Source: Candidatus Poribacteria bacterium (GTDB lineage Bacteria > Poribacteria > WGA-4E > WGA-3G). Taken from it: a DNA stretch of 64,000 bases. The DNA lies in assembly GCA_965205015.1 (NCBI GenBank), contig OZ242029.1, positions 4,096,001 to 4,160,000 on the forward strand, read 5' to 3'. A program made the translations under genes and the position numbers. The notes under the pieces were generated by a model that was not told where the DNA came from, searched no databases, and saw only the letters and a list, made by a program, of their open reading frames with translations. This document shows positions 18,781 to 26,588 of the stretch, piece after piece; within the stretch, counting starts at the first letter, position 1; every line of letters starts with the position of its first letter.

Positions 18781-20007
18781 ATGCCGAAGTTTCACCGCAC
18801 CGATATCCTGAAAATAGAACCTCAACCGATATATGCTGAGATCAATGAGGCGTCGGGGTCTGTATGGAACGAGTGTCTCTCTCAAATGTCAATGTATCAG
18901 TGGCGCCGTGGGTATCCTCACGCGTGGGACTTTTTCTACTTTGGTCCGGAGTGTGAAGGCTGGATTGATAAAAGGCTTACCAAATCCCAACCTTTGCATT
19001 CACAAAGTATTCAAGCTGTTCGTGAACGTTACTTTAAATCTTGGGAGTCCTATCGTATTCTGAAAAAGGGTAACCCAACTGCGAGACCTCCACGGAAGCC
19101 GAAACGCTTTTTGACGACCCGTTGGAAAAAATCAGCGATTCGCTTTCAAGACGGCTGCGTCTCTCTGTCAATGGGACTGGGTAGAGATCGCCTCTGTATC
19201 CCTTTGCCTTCCAACTTCAATATGTCCAAAACAGAGCAGATTGCGACGATTGATTTGGTCTACACCTTCGGTCAATGGGAACTCCATTTCTCCTATAGAT
19301 ACGAGTTGGAAAAGACCGAAACAGGTAAAGGGGTTGTCGGCGTTGATATTGGTGAAATACACCCGATTGTGAGTCATGACGGAACAGACACACGGATTTT
19401 CAATGGACGGTATATCCGCTCGCTCTATCGCCATAGAAACAAAGTGATTGCCGAGTTCAGTCAAGCCATCAGTCGGTGTAAACGCCATTCGAAACGCTGG
19501 TGGAAACTCACGCGTCGGAAGTGGAAATGTATCAAAAAGATTGACAATCAGCTTAAAGATGCGTTGCATCAACATACCTGTAAGTTTCTAAAGTATTGCA
19601 ACCTCAAAGGCATCGGCACGATTGTGCTTGGCGACCTCACCGGTATCCGTCATCGCATTCACTACGGAAAACGTGCCAACCAGAAACTTCACCAGTGGGC
19701 TTTTGGTAAAATCACAGCATTGCTAACCTACAAAGCGAAGGTGTTTGGTATCAAGGTTGTGCAGATTGACGAAGCCTACACCTCACAAACTTGCCCAAGC
19801 TGTGGCAATCGGAAGAAACCTACAAATCGGACCTATACCTGCCCCTGCGGGTTCAAATACCATCGCGACGGTGTAGGTGCTATCAATATCAGAGCAAAGT
19901 ATCTGGGACACTTTGGTGTCCCCGTAGTGGCGGACATGGACCTGGGAACCATGAAGATGACACCGCCCTTGGGCTTTCGATTGAAAGTCCCTGTTGCCTC
20001 GTCTTAG
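18781..20007 (+). CDS. tnpB: RNA-guided endonuclease TnpB
   Basis: LHSQSIQ, RuvC-I GVDIGE, IVLGDL, NQKLHQW, DEAYTSQTCPSCG...CPCG zinc finger, RuvC-III HRDGVGAINI. Confidence 0.92.
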   Translation: MPKFHRTDILKIEPQPIYAEINEASGSVWNECLSQMSMYQWRRGYPHAWDFFYFGPECEGWIDKRLTKSQPLHSQSIQAVRERYFKSWESYRILKKGNPTARPPRKPKRFLTTRWKKSAIRFQDGCVSLSMGLGRDRLCIPLPSNFNMSKTEQIATIDLVYTFGQWELHFSYRYELEKTETGKGVVGVDIGEIHPIVSHDGTDTRIFNGRYIRSLYRHRNKVIAEFSQAISRCKRHSKRWWKLTRRKWKCIKKIDNQLKDALHQHTCKFLKYCNLKGIGTIVLGDLTGIRHRIHYGKRANQKLHQWAFGKITALLTYKAKVFGIKVVQIDEAYTSQTCPSCGNRKKPTNRTYTCPCGFKYHRDGVGAINIRAKYLGHFGVPVVADMDLGTMKMTPPLGFRLKVPVASS

Positions 20008-20093
20008 ACGCGAGGAATGTTCCTACAAGGAACAAAAGAACCCCTGGTTTCCTTTAGGCTTGGGAGTATGTCAGAGTGGTTAATTGCTATCAG
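19880..20093 (+). ncRNA. Predicted omega/reRNA of TnpB (scaffold to ~20073 plus flanking guide); 5' end approximate
   Basis: Inferred from established TnpB biology: the reRNA overlaps the tnpB 3' end and right end; right-end hairpin visible. Confidence 0.45.
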
Positions 20094-20149
20094 AGGACGC
20101 GCAGAAGAAATTTCACAGAAATTCACTATTAGGAATTTGCAGGTGTTCT

Positions 20150-20335
20150 TCGTACAAACTCCTGTCAGGTCACTGAGCCGTTCTCTGCCGACGCGTCTAT
20201 AAGTCTCATGATGCACTTGTGTTGCGCGTCTGTTTCCACATTTCCGACATTTGTAACCCGCACGCTTCATAATCATCCGGCGTTTAGTTTGCCATCGTCT
20301 TGATTTCGGTATCTTTTATATGATTTCCTGTTCAT
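20150..20335 (-). pseudogene. Small HNH endonuclease pseudogene (1-nt frameshift, degenerate C-terminus)
   Basis: MNRKSYKRY / KSRRWQTKRRMIMKRAGYKCRKCG...QVHHETYRRVGRERLSDLTGVC; frame change at tac-cg-aaa near 20307; canonical second CxxC(H) not intact. Confidence 0.7.
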
Positions 20336-20462
20336 TCTTTACCCTCAAAATAAGCTTCAGTATGTTCCAGAATATCGTTGTTCTTACTTCTTAAAATTAT
20401 AGCATATTTGATGAGAACATTCGAGGAAGAACCGCTATCTGTTAAATTCCACAGGTCGTGTA

Positions 20463-20533
20463 CACATGCCGCCCTTACAGGGCTTATTTGTGATTGCAAC
20501 GTTTTCTATAAACATAACGCCCCTACGGGGCTC
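20463..20533 (-). repeat. Paired GCCCC-type REP palindromes
   Basis: catgccgcccttacagggct...ttctataaacataacgcccctacggggct. Confidence 0.6.
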
Positions 20534-20584
20534 AGAGGCTTTTATGTGAGAATCAAATGCCTCTGTCGGCCCGAACTTCCTAAC

Positions 20585-20613
20585 TTGATTTTCATAAATG
20601 AAACTGCTATAAT
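20585..20613 (+). promoter_or_regulatory. Sigma70 promoter of the orphan antitoxin
   Basis: TTGATT-N17-TATAAT with TG extension. Confidence 0.6.
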
Positions 20614-20653
20614 TTGCTATGAATAACTTTGACTTTTCTCTAAAGGAGAACCT

Positions 20654-20875
20654 ATGAGTCAAGCAACATCCAATCAACATGATCCAGATATGCTCGATGA
20701 ATATGATTTCAGTGAAGGGGTTCGAGGCAAATATGCAAAGCACTACCACGCAGGAACAAATTTGGTTCGGCTTGACGACGACGTAGCCGAAATGTTTCCA
20801 GATGCGAAGTCGGTCAACGATGCCTTGAGAGCGTTAGGAAAAATCATCGCCAAACACCAGCAAAAAGCTTCATAA
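20654..20875 (+). CDS. BrnA/CopG-like small antitoxin-type protein, no adjacent toxin
   Basis: EYDFSEGVRGKYA...VRLDDDVAEMFPDAKSVNDALR; AAGGAG SD. Confidence 0.75.
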   Translation: MSQATSNQHDPDMLDEYDFSEGVRGKYAKHYHAGTNLVRLDDDVAEMFPDAKSVNDALRALGKIIAKHQQKAS

Positions 20876-20920
20876 GCTGCGATACACCTGTTGAAGAAAT
20901 CCCCAAGAATACCCCAGCAA

Positions 20921-21061
20921 ATACCTTTACTGGGGCTTGGATTTCTCAACAAACACGTTTCTACACAGATGCCTCCCCTACGGGGCTGAAGATGCCGGAA
21001 TATACACAATCACCATAATCCGCGGAATCCGTTGAATCTGCGAAAATCCGCGATTCAGACA
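20921..21061 (-). repeat. Composite repeat (9-mer array plus REP pair), inverted relative to 18406-18552
   Basis: On the minus strand: tgtctgaatcgcggattttcgcagatt... then agccccgtaggggaggcatctgtgtagaaac...aagccccagt. Confidence 0.75.
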
Positions 21062-21075
21062 AGGGATGTTATATA

Positions 21076-21420
21076 TTACCGCCACCGATCTTTCAGATAT
21101 TCATAGGAACCCTCAACAGTCTCACCTTCACATATCGGCGCGAGTGCTTGCCCAGTTTCCGTGAGAACCGTAACCCCAACATCAAGTGCGTTGTCAGTAT
21201 CCTTCGACATCACCAAACGAAACAGCCTACCGTAATAACTCGCGACGACGTACTTGGATAAAACGGGTAATCTGAAGCCATGGGACCCCTGAAATTGAAC
21301 AAGTCCAGCCGCCTCAAGGCACGTCAAAGCCTCACGGTTAATCCCGTGCTTGTTATAGATTTCTGACATTTCAGAGAACACCAGCGGCACAATCCCCTGA
21401 TCCTCAATCTCACACGCGAA
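21076..21420 (-). pseudogene. C-terminal gene remnant (DUF2806-like), 5' part lost next to a REP pair
   Basis: Protein-like IVPLVF...YNKHGI...LEAAGLV...VLTETGQALAPIC; the upstream in-frame sequence is repeat DNA and the promoter of the + strand gene. Confidence 0.5.
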
Positions 21421-21426
21421 ACCGCA

Positions 21427-21482
21427 GTAGGGGCAGGTCTTGTACCTGCCCGTATCGGAATCACGAGCACAGCCGCTCCTAC
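21427..21482. repeat. Inverted pair of GTAG-type REP palindromes
   Basis: gtaggggcaggtcttgtacctgccc ... cacgagcacagccgctcctac. Confidence 0.65.
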
Positions 21483-21497
21483 AAGAAGAGTAAAGGT

Positions 21498-21526
21498 TTG
21501 ACATGCGCCACAATTTCTGATACAGT
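21498..21526 (+). promoter_or_regulatory. Sigma70 promoter, leaderless transcript predicted
   Basis: TTGACA-N17-TACAGT with TG extension, 6 nt before ATG 21533. Confidence 0.65.
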
Positions 21527-21532
21527 GTATTT

Positions 21533-22024
21533 ATGCCACGCGAAAACAAGATTCTCAACATCGGTGATACTGCACCATTATTCACACTCCCATCGCATCA
21601 ACGTGGAGAGGTATCGCTTGCAACGTATCAAGAAACACACCACGTCATCCTCACCTTTTTCCGAGGGACGTGGTGACCGAACAGCCGTCGCCAGTTGGCG
21701 GCAGTGCAAGAAAACGTTGAAGGCTACACAGCGTATGCAGCCACCCCACTCGCCATTGCTGGGCAGTGGCCCCGTGAACTCCGAGGCTATGCCGAGAAAA
21801 ACGGCATCACGTTCCCGCTACTGGTAGACAAAACCCGGAGCATTATCAAAAGTTACGGTGTCTACCACTGGCTCAGCTTAGAGGCTTACAACATCGCACG
21901 TCCGGCGACATTTATTATTGACAAAACAGGGATTGTTAGATATATGTACATCGGTTCGCATCAATTTGACCTCCCGAAACAGATAGAAATCCTCGAATCC
22001 CTGAAAGAGATCACGTCACTATAA
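21533..22024 (+). CDS. Selenocysteine-containing peroxiredoxin-like (AhpC/TSA, thioredoxin-fold) protein, 163 aa, Sec at codon 48
   Basis: MPRENKILNIGDTAPLFTLP...VILTFFRGTW-UGA(21674-21676)-PNSRRQL...FPLLVD...ARPATFIIDKTGIVRY; UGA occupies the first Cys position of the FRGxWCPxC motif. Confidence 0.85.
21677..21702 (+). promoter_or_regulatory. Bacterial SECIS-like hairpin
   Basis: Stem GUCGCC/GGCGGC, loop AGUU starting 16 nt after UGA, G at loop position 2. Confidence 0.65.
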
Positions 22025-22032
22025 AAATGATT

Positions 22033-22060
22033 TTGACTTCTCATCAAAATGTGATATAAT
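22033..22060 (+). promoter_or_regulatory. Sigma70 promoter of the rib operon
   Basis: TTGACT-N16-TATAAT with TG extension. Confidence 0.65.
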
Positions 22061-22098
22061 TTAAAAAACGGACTTTCGGGTGTAGATAACGCATCGCC

Positions 22099-23202
22099 AT
22101 GGACGAAATACACAAAGCCTTTATGCAACGCGCACTGGATTTAGCACAGCGGGCAAAAGGACGCACGAGTCCCAACCCACTTGTCGGCGCGGTCATTGTA
22201 AAAGACGGAAAGATTATCGGTGAAGGGTATCACCAGAAAGCAGGGACACCACACGCCGAAGTCCATGCGCTCAAGGCTGCGGGCGAAGCCGCCAAAGGTG
22301 CGACGCTTTACACAAACCTTGAGCCGTGTTGCCATTGGGGACGGACACCTCCCTGCACAGAGGCACTGATTCAAGCGGGTATCGCGCAGGTCTATATCGC
22401 GGAAGTCGATCCGAATCCGAGTGTCGCCGGCAAGGGGGTCCAACAACTCCAAAATGCCGGTATAGACGTCCATGTAGGTGTTTACCGGCAGGAAGCGTCT
22501 GACTTAAACGAGGTGCATCGGAAATACATTCAAACCGGCAAGCCGTTTGTAATTCTCAAAACCGCTATGAGTCTTGACGGGAAGATCGCCACCGCTTCCG
22601 GAGAATCGCAATGGATTACGTCCGAGGCCTCGCGACAGCGGGGGCATGAAGTTCGGGACGCGGTCGATGCAATCCTCGTCGGTAGAGGTACAGTCGCCCG
22701 CGATAATCCTGCCCTGACGACACGACTTCAGAATAGAGAGGGACAAGACGCAACCCGGATTGTGTTAGATTCACACGGGAGAACGCGTGCGGACGCACAC
22801 ATTTTCAACCCCGATAGTGAGGCTGGAATTATCGTGGCAGTAACATCAGAGGCACCTTCTGAAAACATCGATGCCCTCGAAAAGGTTGGGGCAGAAGTAC
22901 TGACCGTTCCAGCAGCGCACGGAAACCAAGTCTGTTTCAGGTGTTTGATGGAAATATTAGGGAAACGTGAGATAACAAGTGTCCTGATAGAAGGGGGTAG
23001 CGAAATCAATGCCTCAGCCCTCGCTGCTGGTGTTGTAGACAAGGTGATGTGCTTCATTGCACCCAAACTCATCGGCGGACAGGATGCCCCTGGACCGATC
23101 GGCGGTGTAGGAATCCACAGTTTAACCGAGGCAGTGAACCTACAGCGAGTGAGCGTCACACCGATTGCTGAACACGACTTTCTAATGGAAGGGTATCTAT
23201 AG
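22099..23202 (+). CDS. ribD: Riboflavin biosynthesis deaminase/reductase
   Basis: PNPLVG, HAE, LEPCCHWGRTPPC, SLDGKIA, SQWIT, LIEGG. Confidence 0.97.
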   Translation: MDEIHKAFMQRALDLAQRAKGRTSPNPLVGAVIVKDGKIIGEGYHQKAGTPHAEVHALKAAGEAAKGATLYTNLEPCCHWGRTPPCTEALIQAGIAQVYIAEVDPNPSVAGKGVQQLQNAGIDVHVGVYRQEASDLNEVHRKYIQTGKPFVILKTAMSLDGKIATASGESQWITSEASRQRGHEVRDAVDAILVGRGTVARDNPALTTRLQNREGQDATRIVLDSHGRTRADAHIFNPDSEAGIIVAVTSEAPSENIDALEKVGAEVLTVPAAHGNQVCFRCLMEILGKREITSVLIEGGSEINASALAAGVVDKVMCFIAPKLIGGQDAPGPIGGVGIHSLTEAVNLQRVSVTPIAEHDFLMEGYL

Positions 23203-23203
23203 C

Positions 23204-23875
23204 ATGTTCACCGGAATCGTCGAAGAACTCGGAACGATTAGAGGCATTCAGATCAAATCTCAAGATGCTATCCTTGAGATCCAAGCGACCGACGTCCTCA
23301 GTGATGCGAAAGTCGGCGACAGTATCTCCGTTGACGGCGCGTGTCTTACGATCCGTTTCCTCACATCGGAGACATTCACTGTGGATGTTTCCGCGGAGAC
23401 CTTGCGCCTCACAACCTTGGGGGAGCGGAAGGTAGGAGAGCGTGTCAATTTAGAGCGTTCCCTCCGGCTCAGTGATAGGTTAGGGGGGCATCTCGTTTTG
23501 GGGCACGTCGATGAGGTGGCGACAATTCGCTCGTGGAAAGATGAGGGGGATGCTTCTGTGATGCAGGTTACAATGAGTCGCACCAGCAAGCCATACATCG
23601 CATATAAGGGCTCCATCACGATTGACGGGGTGAGTTTAACCGTATCAAATGTGCTCGCAGATGCCTTTGAAGTCACGCTGATCCCGCATACAAAGGACGT
23701 TACGACCTTCGGGACGAAACGGGATGGGGCTAAGGTGAACCTCGAAGTCGACATCGTCGCGCGTTATCTTGAAACACTACTTAAAAATACCGAAGATAAA
23801 ACGGAATGGAGCAAACAGTCTTCTTCTGAAACCCTTGATTTGAACTTTTTAGCGAGACACGGCTATATCGAATAG
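23204..23875 (+). CDS. ribE: Riboflavin synthase (alpha chain)
   Basis: MFTGIVEE, GDSISVDGACLT, VNLER, GGHLVLGHVD. Confidence 0.97.
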   Translation: MFTGIVEELGTIRGIQIKSQDAILEIQATDVLSDAKVGDSISVDGACLTIRFLTSETFTVDVSAETLRLTTLGERKVGERVNLERSLRLSDRLGGHLVLGHVDEVATIRSWKDEGDASVMQVTMSRTSKPYIAYKGSITIDGVSLTVSNVLADAFEVTLIPHTKDVTTFGTKRDGAKVNLEVDIVARYLETLLKNTEDKTEWSKQSSSETLDLNFLARHGYIE

Positions 23876-23967
23876 TTGTCAGCCGTTAGCCGCCAGTCGT
23901 CAGTGAAGGGGGTTTCGTCCACAAGTTGCCGCTCCTAACTAATAACTGATAACCGATAACTATTAAA
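23875..23967. repeat. Heptamer-armed palindromic intergenic element
   Basis: gttgtcagccgttag... / ...aactaataactgataaccgataact. Confidence 0.65.
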
Positions 23968-23977
23968 GTAGGCAAGA

Positions 23978-25210
23978 ATGCCAGACATATTTAATACCAT
24001 TCCTGAAGCACTCTCTGCAATCCAGAACGGGGAAATGATTATTGTCGTTGATGAACCCGACCGTGAAAACGAAGGCGATCTCATCATGGCGGCGGAAAAG
24101 GTGACAGCAGAGCGGATCAATTTCATGGCGAAATACGGTAGGGGCTTGATATGCTTACCGACCTGCTCAGAACGCCTTGCTGAACTTGAACTTTACCCGA
24201 TGGTGGCATCCAATACGGCGCAGATGCAAACCGCCTTCACGGTCACGATTGACGCGAAAGAAGTAACGACTGGCATTTCTGCCCATGAACGCGCCTATAC
24301 CATCCAGAAATTCGTTGATGCTAACGCTGTTCCGTCAGATTTCGTCCGTCCCGGACACATCTTTCCCTTAGAAGCGAAACCGGGGGGCGTCCTCCGGCGC
24401 GCCGGGCATACCGAAGCCACTGTCGATTTAGCGCGAATGGCAGGACTCTATCCGGCGGGAGTCCTCTGTGAGATACTCAACGAAGACGGCAGCATGGCAC
24501 GCGTGCCTGAACTGATGAAGTTCGCCGCACAACATCAACTCAAAATTATCACGATCGCTGACCTCATCGCATACCGTCGGGAAACGGAAACGCTCATTCG
24601 ACGCGTCGCCACTGCGGATATACCCACCGAACACGGTGAATTCAAACTCTACGCCTACGAAAGCACGGATACAGCGGGTGAAATCGTTGAGGGAGATAAA
24701 ACGCACATTGCACTCACAAAAGGAGATGTGACCGATCCAGCGCCAATCTTAGTCCGTGTGCATTCACAATGTCTCACGGGGGATGTCTTCGGCTCCCTGA
24801 GATGCGATTGCGGCGAACAACTCGAAATCGCACTTAAAACCATTGAGAAGGAGGGCAGAGGGGTCCTCGTCTATATGCGACAAGAGGGCAGAGGCATGGG
24901 ACTCAAAGGGAAACTCAGGGCATATCAGTTACAAGACAACGATGGATTGGACACCGTTGAAGCGAACGAACATCTTGGATTCCCCGCAGATTTGCGAGAT
25001 TACGGCATCGGGGCACAGATCTTAGCCGATTTAGGCGTTCAAAAGATGCGACTCATGACCAACAACCCACAAAAAGTCACAGGATTGTCTGGACACGGAC
25101 TGGAAATCGTCGAGCGTCTCCCGTTGCAAACCACACCGAATGCATTTAACCGCCGGTATTTAGAAACAAAGCGTTCCAAACTCGGCCACCTCCTCCTACA
25201 TGAGGAGTAA
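23978..25210 (+). CDS. ribBA: Bifunctional DHBP synthase / GTP cyclohydrolase II
   Basis: [47 protein letters not shown]. Confidence 0.97.
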   Translation: MPDIFNTIPEALSAIQNGEMIIVVDEPDRENEGDLIMAAEKVTAERINFMAKYGRGLICLPTCSERLAELELYPMVASNTAQMQTAFTVTIDAKEVTTGISAHERAYTIQKFVDANAVPSDFVRPGHIFPLEAKPGGVLRRAGHTEATVDLARMAGLYPAGVLCEILNEDGSMARVPELMKFAAQHQLKIITIADLIAYRRETETLIRRVATADIPTEHGEFKLYAYESTDTAGEIVEGDKTHIALTKGDVTDPAPILVRVHSQCLTGDVFGSLRCDCGEQLEIALKTIEKEGRGVLVYMRQEGRGMGLKGKLRAYQLQDNDGLDTVEANEHLGFPADLRDYGIGAQILADLGVQKMRLMTNNPQKVTGLSGHGLEIVERLPLQTTPNAFNRRYLETKRSKLGHLLLHEE

Positions 25211-25220
25211 AGAATGGAGG

Positions 25221-25325
25221 GTTGTCGGTTGTCGGTTAACAGGGGTCAGTGAAAGAGGTACCTTGTCGGACCAAACTTTCTCTTAACTGGTAACCAAAAA
25301 CTGAAAACCGAAAACTAATAAAAAA
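25221..25325. repeat. Heptamer-armed palindromic intergenic element
   Basis: gttgtcggttgtcggtt...ctcttaactggtaaccaaaaactgaaaaccgaaaact. Confidence 0.65.
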
Positions 25326-25805
25326 ATGCCAAACGTTTATGAAGGACATCTCCTCGGTGAAGGGCTTACGTTCGGTATCGTCGTCAGCCGATTTAATAGT
25401 TTCGTCACCGAAAAACTCCTCGCTGGTGCGTTGGATGCCCTAAAACGGCACGGTGTCGATTTGGACACCGTCGATGTTTTCTGGACCCCTGGTGCCTTTG
25501 AAATTCCGGGAATCGCCAAACGTCTCGCACAGAGTGAACGCTATGACGCTGTCCTCTGCCTCGGCGCGGTTATCCGAGGTGCGACCCCTCATTTTGATTA
25601 TGTTGCCGCCGAAAGCGCGAAGGGAATCGCTAACATATCCTCCAGTACCAACATTCCTGTTATCTACGGTGTCATCACCACAGATACGATAGAACAAGCC
25701 CTGGAGCGCGCCGGTATCAAGGCAGGCAACAAGGGGTCCGAAGCCGCTATCGCAGGAATTGAGACAGCCAATCTTTACAAGACTATTGAAAAAGTCATTA
25801 CATAA
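25326..25805 (+). CDS. ribH: 6,7-dimethyl-8-ribityllumazine synthase
   Basis: [29 protein letters not shown]. Confidence 0.97.
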   Translation: MPNVYEGHLLGEGLTFGIVVSRFNSFVTEKLLAGALDALKRHGVDLDTVDVFWTPGAFEIPGIAKRLAQSERYDAVLCLGAVIRGATPHFDYVAAESAKGIANISSSTNIPVIYGVITTDTIEQALERAGIKAGNKGSEAAIAGIETANLYKTIEKVIT

Positions 25806-25904
25806 GGTATCAGTTCGCTGTGCAGTGAGAACGCTCATGGAGTATTGACATCCGCTATCAACTGTCACAAGGATCTCTTAACTGATAACCGATAACTATA
25901 AAAA
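25806..25904. repeat. Heptamer-armed intergenic element
   Basis: ggtatcagtt...ctcttaactgataaccgataactataaaaa abutting ATG. Confidence 0.6.
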
Positions 25905-26525
25905 ATGATTGCAATTATAGATTACGAAGCCGGGAACCTTACGAGTGTTGCGAGAGCCTTGACACACCTCGGATATAAAAACGAAATTACATCTGCCGCA
26001 GAAAAGATACTCACTGCTGAACGCGTGATTTTCCCCGGTGTCGGTGCCGCAAAAGCCACGATGCAAACGTTACAGAAACGCGGATTGAGTCAAGTACTCA
26101 CAGACTTTTTTCACACCGGCAAACCTATGCTCGGTATCTGCATCGGTATCCAGATCCTCTTTGAACATAGCGAAGAGGAGGATGCCGATTGCTTAAACCT
26201 CCTACCGGGGTGTGTAAAGAAATATCCAATGACAGATACAGAAACGCAAACCGGAATACTCAAGGTCCCACAGATCGGTTGGAACGAAGTGTATCAGACA
26301 AAACCGCACGCAATCTTTGAAGGTGTTCCGAATCCCGCACACTTCTATTTCGTCAATTCCTACTATCCTGAGCCAGCATCAGAGGATATCGTCATTGGAA
26401 AGACGAAGTATGGGCTTGAATTCTGTAGCGCGATTGCCCACGATAATCTCATTGCAACACAGTTCCACCTCGAGAAGAGTGGACGCGTCGGGCTAAAGAT
26501 GCTTAATAACTTTCTGGAGTTTTAG
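25905..26525 (+). CDS. hisH: Imidazole glycerol phosphate synthase glutaminase subunit
   Basis: IIDYEAGNL, FPGVG, LGICIG, VPQIGWN, QFHLEKSG. Confidence 0.92.
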   Translation: MIAIIDYEAGNLTSVARALTHLGYKNEITSAAEKILTAERVIFPGVGAAKATMQTLQKRGLSQVLTDFFHTGKPMLGICIGIQILFEHSEEEDADCLNLLPGCVKKYPMTDTETQTGILKVPQIGWNEVYQTKPHAIFEGVPNPAHFYFVNSYYPEPASEDIVIGKTKYGLEFCSAIAHDNLIATQFHLEKSGRVGLKMLNNFLEF

Positions 26526-26588
26526 GTTATCAGTTAACAGTTTTCAGTTACTGAAAACCGAGGACTGAAAACTGAAAACTATAAAAAG
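26526..26588. repeat. Heptamer-armed palindromic intergenic element
   Basis: gttatcagttaacagttttcagtt / actgaaaaccgaggactgaaaactgaaaact. Confidence 0.65.

Larger units (their letters stand above)
18560..20073 (+). mobile_element. Non-autonomous IS200/IS605-family element (tnpB only); left boundary uncertain
   Basis: Left hairpin cgagtct-aaaaccctctgcttcagctgggggatac-agactcg; right-end motif cctttaggcttgggagtatgtca ending 20073; no tnpA. Confidence 0.55.

Noticed and set aside
21076-21585. 169-aa minus-strand ORF as an intact gene
   Set aside because: Its N-terminal third is the antisense of the selenoprotein start, promoter and REP pair; only the C-terminal part looks protein-like
21695-22024. 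109-aa ORF as a complete gene, or the locus as a nonsense pseudogene
   Set aside because: It lacks the N-terminal redox motif; better explained by UGA-Sec readthrough from 21533
22061-22098. FMN riboswitch before ribD
   Set aside because: The predicted promoter leaves only a ~30-nt UTR with no RFN motifs
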